NCBI GenBank assembly: GCA_964418425.1
Contig: CAYQLT010000003.1
Span: 4,513 to 68,512 of the forward strand
From: an uncultured Clostridia bacterium
Lineage (GTDB): Bacteria > Bacillota > Limnochordia > Limnochordales > Geochordaceae
DNA: 64,000 bases
Reading direction: 5' to 3'
Part shown: positions 43,401 to 52,012 of the stretch, in pieces
Numbering within the stretch: the first letter of the stretch is position 1
Layout: each line of letters begins with the position of its first letter
Translations under genes and position numbers: made by a program
The notes under the pieces: generated by a model
Database searches by the model: none
The model's input: the letters and a program-made list of their open reading frames with translations, nothing else
Told to the model about the DNA's origin: nothing

Positions 43401-44840
43401 TCAGGGATGCCAGCAGTACGCCTGGTCCGCGGCCTGCCCGACCGGTTTCACCACGCCGCGGGCTTCCAGGCGCTCTAGCACGGCGCGGGCCACCGCCACC
43501 GAACGCTGGAGGAGCCGGGCCGCCTCGTCCACGCGGATGCGACCTTGGTCCCTGGCCGCTCGGGCCACCAAAAGCTCCTCGATGGCCAGGGGCGAGCCTG
43601 CTTTTTCGGCCGCCAGCAATCGGCGCACGAACCCCTCGTCCGGTTCGCCGCCGGGAAGAATCACTTTGACGAAATCCTCCGTGGATTGACCGTATTCCGG
43701 GGTGCCGTGGCCGCTGCGCAGGCAGCCTTCGAAGATGATATCCACGCCCCGGTCCGTCCGCTCCACGAGCCCCAGGCGTTTGAATGCATCCGCCAGCCGA
43801 GGATTGCGGGGAGCCGGCGGGGTGACCAGCAGGTTGTCGAGGCGCACCCCCTGCGGCAGGCCGCCGGGGTTGGCCACCTCGATGCGGTTCCGGTGCCACT
43901 GGACGTAGACGGCGCCCGGTCGTGCGTAATCCCGGTGGATCAGGGCGTTGTGGACGGCCTCCCGGAAGCTGCGTTCGTCGTATTCGGGCAGCGGGACCCG
44001 GTAGGGGCCGTCTTGAAGCTCGTGTTCGCGCCGTCGGGCCGCATAGCGCGCCGCCAGCTCCTCAGAGAGCCGGATGAGCGGCCGGCGAAAGAATTCGTTG
44101 ACCTCGACCCTGGTGCCGACCAGAACCTGGAAGGCCACCTCGTGGGTGGGCACCCGCCGGGCGATGGCCTCCTCCCGCCCGAAGAGGAGCATGCCCGCCA
44201 CCGTGACCTGTCGCACCTCGCCGTTGGCCTCCACCGCGCCGAGGGCCTTGGCCATCTCCAGGTCGTCCAGCTCCAAAAGCAGCGGGTCACCCCGATGGCG
44301 GCGGATCACCTGGCGGGCCCGCTCGAACTCCAGCGGGTCAAGCTCGTCCCAGCCGGCGCCCGGGAGGGCCAGCGCGGTATAGTCCAGGCCGCCCATGAAC
44401 GGGCGGGGCGTCATCTCGTGTTGGAAAAACGGGACGCACCTCGGGCGGCCATCGGCCCCCATCGCCCGGCGCAGGTATCGTCCCGCCGAGGTGGCCACTG
44501 CCCGTTCCATCCTGGGAACCCGTATGACGACCACGTCCTTGCCGTCGATGCGGACCACCGCACAATCCGTGACCACGGGCGGAACTGTGCGGGCCTGAAT
44601 GAGGGCCTGCAGGCGCAGCGGATCGGTGGTCAATCGGTGGCGCGGCCTGGCGCCCGTGACCCGCCCGTCGTCTTCGACCCCTACCAGCAGCACGCCGCCT
44701 GCACCGTTGGCCAGGCAGACCACGGCTTCTACGAGGTCTGTGTCGCCGAGCGCCGCTCTCTCTTCGCCCTTGAACTCCACCGTGAAGCTTTCCCCGCCGA
44801 GGATGAGCTGGCGAAGCTCCTCAACAGGGAAGACCGTCAT
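43401..44840 (-). CDS. AlbA_2 (Schlafen-type) / HATPase_c_4 / wHTH protein (RecG-like putative DNA-binding regulator)
   Basis: ESFTVEFKGEE...AVVCLANGAGGVLLVGVEDDGRVTG is the AlbA_2 part, NALIHRDY...IEVANPGGLP follows, and the C-terminus is winged-helix-like. Confidence 0.8.
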   Translation of the reverse strand: MTVFPVEELRQLILGGESFTVEFKGEERAALGDTDLVEAVVCLANGAGGVLLVGVEDDGRVTGARPRHRLTTDPLRLQALIQARTVPPVVTDCAVVRIDGKDVVVIRVPRMERAVATSAGRYLRRAMGADGRPRCVPFFQHEMTPRPFMGGLDYTALALPGAGWDELDPLEFERARQVIRRHRGDPLLLELDDLEMAKALGAVEANGEVRQVTVAGMLLFGREEAIARRVPTHEVAFQVLVGTRVEVNEFFRRPLIRLSEELAARYAARRREHELQDGPYRVPLPEYDERSFREAVHNALIHRDYARPGAVYVQWHRNRIEVANPGGLPQGVRLDNLLVTPPAPRNPRLADAFKRLGLVERTDRGVDIIFEGCLRSGHGTPEYGQSTEDFVKVILPGGEPDEGFVRRLLAAEKAGSPLAIEELLVARAARDQGRIRVDEAARLLQRSVAVARAVLERLEARGVVKPVGQAADQAYCWHP

Positions 44841-44846
44841 GCGCCT

Positions 44847-45156
44847 TCACCGCCATCTCGCGACGCCAGTATACCAGCCTGTCTTCCCGCTCGGTCTGGC
44901 CGCCGCCGGCGCCTCAGTCACTGACCGCACCCGGTCCACCACATCGATGCGTAAAAGATCCAGTCCCTGGGGATCATCGAGCAGCGCCACCTCGGGAAAC
45001 CCGGCGGGGCGGAACCTCACGGGCCTCCAAGGCCGCATCGGCGATCTGGTAAAGGATGGTGGTCTTCCCCACCCGCCCGATGGGGCCCTGCAAGCCTGGT
45101 ATACTATCCTTATCGCGTCTCAATAAGCTCAGCGTAGTAACCTTAACGTGTGGCAT
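44847..45156 (-). pseudogene. frameshifted, truncated remnant of an AAA (AAA_14/DUF4143-type) ATPase gene
   Basis: ORF 44974..45156 carries the P-loop GPIGRVGKTTILYQIA. The continuation (FPEVALLDDPQGLDLL) is found in another frame (ORF 44847..45038) and then stops. Total length is under 110 codons. Confidence 0.45.
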
Positions 45157-45173
45157 CGCCCTGAGATGAGGAG

Positions 45174-46583
45174 TTATCCCGGTTTATGGCTGCCAGGACC
45201 CCAGGCCGCCGTCGTACCCGCCGCGGCCCCGGCCCCCTCGCCCACCACCCCCGGCCGCCTCGACGCCGCAATGGCAACCAGGGCTCCCAGCGGCAGCGCC
45301 CCAAGGGCTGCCCACGCCAGCGCGTAGTGGCCACCCACCCGCTCCACCAACCAGCCGAACGCCGGGGGCGCCAGCATCGTCCAGACGTACAGCACCGTCA
45401 TGCTGAGCCCCAGCATCACGGCCGACGCCTCGCCGGCCAGCTCGGAGATGCGCGTCACGTAGAGGCCGTTCCAGCCGAGAAGCGTCATGCCTCCGGCCAG
45501 CGCGGCCGCCTCGGCTGCCAAAAGCGGCAAGGAACCCCAGGCGCTGAGGCCCGCCACCCCCACGGCCGCGGCCGCCCCCGCCCCGCACACCAGGGCCAGC
45601 GGCCCCACCCGGTCGGCCCCGAACCACCGATCCGAAACCCACCCCCACAGCAGCCGCCCGGCGATCCCGCCCAGGTGCACCACCAGCAGCAGCCGGGCCG
45701 CCGCCTGCCGTTCCCAGCCAAAGCGGTCCACCATATACAGGGGCAGATAACCCGTCAGGCTGAACTGGGATGCGCCCAGCAGGCAGGCCATCAGCGTGGT
45801 CAGCACCAGGCCCCTGGTTCGCACGAACCGCCGGGGCGCCTCCCAGAACCCCGGCCGCCGCCCGCCATCGGCCCCCTGCCTGCGCACCCCCCGGCCATCG
45901 GACGAGGCCCCGCTTGCGGCCTGGTCTGCTCCGGCCAAACCCACCAGCGTGGCAAGACCCGCCAGCGCGCACCCCGCCGCCGCGACCGCCAGGGCCGCTC
46001 TCCATCCCCACCGCGAAGCTGCCCACGGGAGGACCAGCGCCGCGCTCAGCCCTCCGGCCGGCAGCCCGGCCTGGCGCACCCCCATGGCGACGCCCCGCTC
46101 CCGGGCCGGAAACCACCCCATCACCGCATGGCTCCCCGCCACCTGGCTGGATGGGAAGCCCACACCCGCGACGGCCAACAGGGCCGCCAGCACCCCCACG
46201 CCCGGCGCCCCCGCCGCAGCCGCCGTCCACGCGGCCGTGAGCAGCGCCCCAGTCCCCATCACCCGCCGCTCGCCGAACCGGTCGGTCGCCATGCCGGTCA
46301 GGTAAAACGCCAAAAGCGCCCCGAGGTCGAAAGCGCCCAGCACCGCCCCGGTTTGCGCCAGCGAAAGGCCGAGATCGGCCCGGATAAACGGAACGACCGT
46401 TGGAAGACCGAACCGGACGAAGGTGAGCCCCGCCTGCTGCAGGGTGGCCACGGCAAGCAGCCACCACCGCGCTCCGCGCCTCGGGTACTCCTGTCCCTCC
46501 GCATGGGGCCTGCTCCCCGGCCCCATTTGGCCGTGTGTCCCGCTTCGCGTCTCCATCCAAGACCTCGGCCTTCCGTTCGCCAC
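45174..46583 (-). CDS. MFS transporter
   Basis: About 12 TM helices and the loop 2-3 signature GMATDRFGERRVM. The start is uncertain (46583, 46556 or 46526). Two very long shadow ORFs overlap it. Confidence 0.8.
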   Translation of the reverse strand: MANGRPRSWMETRSGTHGQMGPGSRPHAEGQEYPRRGARWWLLAVATLQQAGLTFVRFGLPTVVPFIRADLGLSLAQTGAVLGAFDLGALLAFYLTGMATDRFGERRVMGTGALLTAAWTAAAAGAPGVGVLAALLAVAGVGFPSSQVAGSHAVMGWFPARERGVAMGVRQAGLPAGGLSAALVLPWAASRWGWRAALAVAAAGCALAGLATLVGLAGADQAASGASSDGRGVRRQGADGGRRPGFWEAPRRFVRTRGLVLTTLMACLLGASQFSLTGYLPLYMVDRFGWERQAAARLLLVVHLGGIAGRLLWGWVSDRWFGADRVGPLALVCGAGAAAAVGVAGLSAWGSLPLLAAEAAALAGGMTLLGWNGLYVTRISELAGEASAVMLGLSMTVLYVWTMLAPPAFGWLVERVGGHYALAWAALGALPLGALVAIAASRRPGVVGEGAGAAAGTTAAWGPGSHKPG

Positions 46584-47087
46584 GGGCCGAAGCCCACCCG
46601 CCCTTCCGGTCGCCTGCGCCCGGATACGCCGGGCTGCGACTTCGGTGCCTCCTCATCCACCGGATTGCGCGGGACCCGGCGGACAAACAAAGCCGTTCGC
46701 TTCGCAAGGCCGGTCTCCTTGCTGCAACCGAGCCCTCTTCGCCCTGTCTGTCGGGATCTGCTGCCCTGACCGCTTAATCGCCAGATAATCGCGCTCCCGT
46801 AGAGTAGCTGCGAGAGGCGGCCGCAACCGCTGACCGAAGGCAGGGCGCTTGCGCCAGGCGCTGCCGCGCACCTGGCGGGCCGAACCCGCCAAGGGGGTGA
46901 AAGGGAGCAGGCCTGCTCCTTGGGCGACCCCAAGGACGACGGCCCGGGTCGCCCCGGAGCCGGAACAGAAGCGCTCAGGGCAGACGGTGCGGGGATTTCG
47001 CAGGCCGGCAGCCTGCGGATCCGCGCACGGGTAACTTATCCAACATGGGAATGAGGGTCCTTGAACCATGGGGATACGGAGGGACGC

Positions 47088-50000
47088 ATGATGCACGGGC
47101 ATAGACGCGGTCCGACCCTCAGGACTTACGTCGCCGTGCTATGGGCTACTGCCTGCGTGCTGGCCGCTGCCTTCCCCTGGCCGGCGGCGGCCGAGGGGCT
47201 CACGCCCCTGGCAGCAGCAGGCCCCAGCTCGGCGGTGCGCCCGGAGGGATACCAAGAACAGTTCGTTCAGCCCGCGGGGCAACTGGCGAACTCCGGGGCC
47301 AAAGTGCTCATCATCCGGGAATTCTACGGTGACCGGCCCTGGAACAACTGGCCCGAGAGCTCCAACGTTTTGGTGCTACAAAGCTTCGGCTTCACCGAAG
47401 GCACCTACGGAGCGCAGAACACCGGCGACAAGTACCTCATCGCCGGGATGGATAACTCCAGCAACTTCTCCGACATCGACTTCTCGAAGTTCCAGGTCGT
47501 CATCGTCGAAAACGACAACTCCCAGGCCTTCTTCGATGCCCTCGCCACGCGCTGGGATGACATCACCCGGTGGGTGGCCGATGGAGGGGTGCTGGTGTTC
47601 CACGGCGCCGAGGTCTCGTGGCACGGAGGGAGGTACGGCATCAGTGACCCACCAGATCCAAACAACCCTCGCAACGTCATCCGCCCACCAGGGATGACGC
47701 TGGAGCAAAGCGCCCACAACGTCTGGTTCGCCCCACCGGGAGTCCTCTATAGCAATTACGTTGATCCAACCGCCTACTCTGAGTACGCCTCCATCACCGC
47801 AGGCATGATTAGCCCCACATGGGGCAACTACACGAGCCACGACGTCTTTTACAACGTCACCGAGTCAGGCACTTACGACGATGGCCCCGGCTATATAGCC
47901 CGCCTGGAAGTGCTAACCGTGGACTCGCCGAATACGCGACGTGCCACGAGCTTCGTGTACCGCTACTTGAAAGACAACACAAGCGACGGCGGCTGCGTGT
48001 ACTTCGGCGGGCTGACATTGGAATGGGGCTACTATTACAACTACGACTATGGCCGCAAGATGCTGCCGCAGCTCCTGTCCTGGGCCTTAAGTTGTGCCGC
48101 ACCCCCGCCGCAGCCTACCGGGGTCCCAGACATATCCGTCATCCCTCCCGTCATCGATGTTACTCTCAACGAAGGCGCTCTCGGCCAGGCTCACGTGGAG
48201 GTCAAGAACGATGGTGACGCGGAGCTTGCAGTCGAGAACGTGTCCTTCTCAGGAGACTGGGCAAGCTGGGCGAGCGTAGAGCCTCTTTCGGCGACGGTCA
48301 GCCCGGACAGCTCGGTACCGTTTGAGGTCAGCATCAATCCAGGTTCGGCCGAACCAGGGACATATCGCATCGACATGACCATCTCGAGCGACGACCCTGA
48401 CGAACCGGAATTCGTGGTGCCAATGATCGTCGAGATCCAGGGACCAAACATCGCGGTAGCACCTGCGTCACTATCCGCGACACTGGTCCAAGGACAAGTC
48501 GATGAGACTCGAACGCTGAACATCCGAAACGTCGGCAACCGGGACCTCAATGCCATCAACTTGAGCGCTGACGTTGGCTGGATCTCGCCTGGCACGCACG
48601 CACCAGCCCTAGCTCCTGGCGGACACATGGACGTCCCGGTGCGATTGGATGCGACCGCGCTATCTCCTGGCATTTACCCTGCACTGTTGACTGTTTCTTC
48701 CGACGACCCTGACGGGCCTGTCTCGGTGCCCGTCCAAATCACCGTACTGTCCCGGAACGAAGTTGCGGCCCTGTACGTGTCGCCGACCAGCCTGGAAGCG
48801 CAGGACATGGTTCCGGGCGAAATCCGGCACTTGAGCCTCGACGCTATCAACACCGGTAACGTCGCTTTAGACATATTGGTTGGCACGGCCGGGAACGCCA
48901 CCTGGCTGACAGTCGCCCCGACCACGTTCTCTGTCGGGCCTGGAGAAGTCCGCCGCCTGGATGTGACCTTCAATGCCGCGGATCTAAGCCCTGGCGATTA
49001 CAACGCTTCGCTTAGGATGAGTGCTCCGCAACTTGAATCTCCCGTGGAAGTACAGGCTACTATGGCCGTCGTACAAGGTCCGCCGCCGGTGCAACCGGTG
49101 CTGGGCGTCGTACCCAGGTACATATCACCCAATGACGACTTCATGGATCGGGGAATCGCTACCATCAACTGGGACATTCTCAACGTAAGCGAAGCCCTCG
49201 TCGGAATGGCCATCTTGGACCAAACAGGCCGCGTGATCCGGAGCCTGCTTGGGTCGGGAACGGGGCTGCGCCTGGACTGCAACCGGCCGTTTGGAACGCC
49301 CGACAACGGCTACCTCCCGATCTCCGTGCAACGAGGCGCCGTGACCCAGGCCTCCTGGGATGGGCGCGATGAAAGCGGACATGTGGTTGAAGAGGGCGAA
49401 TACACCGCCGTACTGATGGCCAAAGATGACGCTCAGCGCTACGCCTGTGCGACGAGGCTCGTCGGCGTCGACACCACTCCGCCGGACGTCTCGATCCGTG
49501 TTCTCTCTCCAACGGGACAGCCTTATGCCGAAGGCGAAATTCCTACCGTCTATTACGAGGTGGTGCTTGAGGTATCCGCACATGATGAGCTCTCCGGGAT
49601 CAATTTCCCGTCGGCCGACGACCCAAACTTCGCGCGGCTGCGACCCCGGATCACGGTCAAGCAGGCCAATATGCCCCCGGAGGAGCAGCTGGAGGTTGTT
49701 ACCCAGGAATACACCGTCAGCGCGGACGGCCGGGAAGCAACTTTCCGGTTCCGATACCGCGTGGTCAAGGCCACGCTGGAAGACGAAAGAGCGGGCCTGG
49801 GATGGGACGGGCCAGCGTCAGTCACGGTGAATGTAGCCGACAGGTCGTACGCTCCGAACGATAGAACCCAACCGTTCGGGGAGCTGTTCTACGTCAATAC
49901 CCAGGGGCCGAGGGTGGCCATCACGGGCGTAAGCCCCGGGAGCAACGCGAAGGACGACCCGTTCCGGCCGGAGTTTAGGAACGGGGAATTCACCAGGTCG

Positions 50001-50663
50001 AGGATCTCGGTGAGATACACAGCCAACGACCCGAATCTTGAGGGCACCGTGTACCTGAAGATCTATCCGGGGCAGTTCCAGAGCATAACCCGAGAGCAAT
50101 TCGACGCAAACAACCCCTATCCGATTCGCGTACTCGACCCCATCTCTACCGGGGCTCTCGAGCAGAGTGGCGACGGCTTTAGCAAAGAGGTGACCTTCGA
50201 ATGGGACGGCCGGGATGCGCTCGGCAACTTCGTGAGGGCAGGTACCTACACCCTGGTGGCGGCAGCGGACACGGTCGTCCCGGCTGCCGAGGAAAACCAG
50301 GCAGCCCAAGTGCGGCCGTCGGTGGACACGGACGACGAACGCATCTTCGTCACCTTCCCTCCCATGAGCATCGGCGAGCTGCACGCCTTCCCCAACCCCG
50401 TCCGGTCGGGCCGTCCCGTCACCTTCGTCCTCGACCTCAACCGCCCGAGCGAGGTCATCGTGGAGCTGTATTCGACTGCCGGTCACCGGATCAACACCGT
50501 CTCCTTTAACGGAAACATTGGGCGGCAAGAGTATGTCTGGTCAGCGGTCACCGATGCCGATGGCAACCCATTGGTCAACGGGCTGTACCTGGTGAAGGTG
50601 ACGGTCTTCGACGAGGCGGGGGCGCCCACGTTTCGGATCGGAAAGCTGGTGGTGGTGCGCTAG
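47088..50663 (+). CDS. large secreted multidomain surface protein ending in a T9SS-CTD/FlgD-Ig-like domain
   Basis: ATG 47088 lies after GGAGGG, followed by a signal peptide (TYVAVLWATACVLAAAFPWPAAA). Next come a GATase1/ThuA-like N-domain (VLIIREF...VVIVENDN...WVADGGVLVFHG) and three Ig-fold repeats of HYDIN/choice-of-anchor-D style (NDGDAELAV...ISSDDPDEPEFVVPM; NVGNRDLN...VSSDDPDGPVSVPV). Two FlgD-Ig-like modules follow (ASWDGRDESGHVVEEGEYTAV; FEWDGRDALGNFVRAGTYTLV). The terminal 90 aa read FPNPVRSGRPVTFVLDL...VELYSTAGHRI...NGLYLVKVTVFD...KLVVVR. Confidence 0.8.
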   Translation: MMHGHRRGPTLRTYVAVLWATACVLAAAFPWPAAAEGLTPLAAAGPSSAVRPEGYQEQFVQPAGQLANSGAKVLIIREFYGDRPWNNWPESSNVLVLQSFGFTEGTYGAQNTGDKYLIAGMDNSSNFSDIDFSKFQVVIVENDNSQAFFDALATRWDDITRWVADGGVLVFHGAEVSWHGGRYGISDPPDPNNPRNVIRPPGMTLEQSAHNVWFAPPGVLYSNYVDPTAYSEYASITAGMISPTWGNYTSHDVFYNVTESGTYDDGPGYIARLEVLTVDSPNTRRATSFVYRYLKDNTSDGGCVYFGGLTLEWGYYYNYDYGRKMLPQLLSWALSCAAPPPQPTGVPDISVIPPVIDVTLNEGALGQAHVEVKNDGDAELAVENVSFSGDWASWASVEPLSATVSPDSSVPFEVSINPGSAEPGTYRIDMTISSDDPDEPEFVVPMIVEIQGPNIAVAPASLSATLVQGQVDETRTLNIRNVGNRDLNAINLSADVGWISPGTHAPALAPGGHMDVPVRLDATALSPGIYPALLTVSSDDPDGPVSVPVQITVLSRNEVAALYVSPTSLEAQDMVPGEIRHLSLDAINTGNVALDILVGTAGNATWLTVAPTTFSVGPGEVRRLDVTFNAADLSPGDYNASLRMSAPQLESPVEVQATMAVVQGPPPVQPVLGVVPRYISPNDDFMDRGIATINWDILNVSEALVGMAILDQTGRVIRSLLGSGTGLRLDCNRPFGTPDNGYLPISVQRGAVTQASWDGRDESGHVVEEGEYTAVLMAKDDAQRYACATRLVGVDTTPPDVSIRVLSPTGQPYAEGEIPTVYYEVVLEVSAHDELSGINFPSADDPNFARLRPRITVKQANMPPEEQLEVVTQEYTVSADGREATFRFRYRVVKATLEDERAGLGWDGPASVTVNVADRSYAPNDRTQPFGELFYVNTQGPRVAITGVSPGSNAKDDPFRPEFRNGEFTRSRISVRYTANDPNLEGTVYLKIYPGQFQSITREQFDANNPYPIRVLDPISTGALEQSGDGFSKEVTFEWDGRDALGNFVRAGTYTLVAAADTVVPAAEENQAAQVRPSVDTDDERIFVTFPPMSIGELHAFPNPVRSGRPVTFVLDLNRPSEVIVELYSTAGHRINTVSFNGNIGRQEYVWSAVTDADGNPLVNGLYLVKVTVFDEAGAPTFRIGKLVVVR

Positions 50664-50682
50664 CGCCGCGGGCGAAGATGGT

Positions 50683-50718
50683 GGGCGCACGGGCCGATGG
50701 AACCGAGCCCGTGCGCCC
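50683..50718 (+). terminator. perfect 12-bp stem-loop (GGGCGCACGGGC-12 nt-GCCCGTGCGCCC) 20 nt after the surface-protein stop; terminator or attenuator candidate
   Basis: Read directly from the sequence. There is no U-tract, so it may act as a partial terminator or RNA-stability element. Confidence 0.4.
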
Positions 50719-50813
50719 CGGCCCGGAGCGAGCGGCCTTGGCGGCGATCCGGGCACGTGGGTCGGGAAGATGCGCATCGACGGCCGCAAGACGCACATCG
50801 AGGAGGCAAGGCC

Positions 50814-51920
50814 ATGAGCAGAAAGGCCTTCACAAAAGCCCCGTGGATAGGGCCTCGGGCGGCAAGGACGCTGGTGGCCGCCTTGGCGACTGTGACCCTC
50901 TGCGCGCTGGGTGCGGTGGGCGTGGGGGCCGCCCCCGGCTTTCTGGATGACACGCCGGCTGCCTACCTGTACGGCAACCTGAGCGCCCGGGCCATCGGCA
51001 TGGGCGGAGCCTTTACCACCATGGGGGATACGCCGGCGGCCGCCCTGTACAACCCCGCCGCCGTGGCGGCCATGCCCGGGGTGAAGCTGGAGGGACTGTA
51101 CGTCTTTTTCGAGCCTCTGCAGCTCAACGTGGTCAGCCTTTCCCTGGGCAGCCTGGCTGTCAACTACGTGGCGCTGGACGGCGGTGCGATCGAAGGTCGG
51201 AACGAGTCCGACACCGTCACCGGCAACGTGGGCAACAAGGAACAGGCCATCGTCGCAGGCCTCGGCCTGGGTGGCGGCTTTCTGAAGCTGGGAACCAACC
51301 TCAAGTACTTGACCCACCGGATCTCGTTCCCCGGGGGAGCCGCCGACGGCAAGGCCTTGGGGTTGGATGCAGGGCTGTTGCTGACCCTGGGGCTGCCCTG
51401 GCTCAACCTGCGCCTGGGGGTGGCGGCCAGGGACCTGCCCCTCGCACCCCTGGCGGAGGCGCTCTCCGAGGGAAGAAAGCCGGCCGAGCTGTTAGGCCGG
51501 GAACCCAAAGGAACGGTCATGGTCTGGAGGGAGGGCGACCAGCTTTACGCCGAGGAGATCCCGACCACCCTGCGGGTGGGCCTGAGCGCGGAGGTTCTGC
51601 TCGTCACCCTTGCCCTGGAGATCGACCATCTCAAGGCGGAAGGCGGGCCGGAGGACAGCGTCATCGGGCGCATCGGAGCGCAGTTTAACCTCGGGAACGT
51701 CAAGCTGCGGGCCGGAGCCTACACCGACCCGACCCCCCTCAGCCAGCTCACGGCGGGGGCGGGTGCGGACAAGGGCCAGAAGTCGCTTCTGGAAGGCCTG
51801 CACCTCACGGCGGGGATTGGTGTGCGCTTCACGCGCAACATCGGCCTTGATTACGCTCTCGAGGACTCGCCCGTCGGCCTGCGCCACTATCTGGCAGCAA
51901 ACTTCCAGTTCGGCGGCTGA
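50814..51920 (+). CDS. outer-membrane beta-barrel protein, PorV/PorQ/FadL-like
   Basis: ATG 50814 lies after GAGGAGG, with signal peptide LVAALATVTLCALGAVGVGAAP. The N-terminal motif is SARAIGMGGAFTTMGDTPAAALYNPAAVA. Alternating strands run to the C-terminal YLAANFQFGG. Confidence 0.6.
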   Translation: MSRKAFTKAPWIGPRAARTLVAALATVTLCALGAVGVGAAPGFLDDTPAAYLYGNLSARAIGMGGAFTTMGDTPAAALYNPAAVAAMPGVKLEGLYVFFEPLQLNVVSLSLGSLAVNYVALDGGAIEGRNESDTVTGNVGNKEQAIVAGLGLGGGFLKLGTNLKYLTHRISFPGGAADGKALGLDAGLLLTLGLPWLNLRLGVAARDLPLAPLAEALSEGRKPAELLGREPKGTVMVWREGDQLYAEEIPTTLRVGLSAEVLLVTLALEIDHLKAEGGPEDSVIGRIGAQFNLGNVKLRAGAYTDPTPLSQLTAGAGADKGQKSLLEGLHLTAGIGVRFTRNIGLDYALEDSPVGLRHYLAANFQFGG

Positions 51921-52012
51921 GTCCCGGGCGGCGGAGGCCCGGCGCACCCGGCGCCTGACCCGGGACCCTGCCGTACGCCCCGCCGGCAGCAGGCCGGCAC
52001 CGGGGGAGGGGG

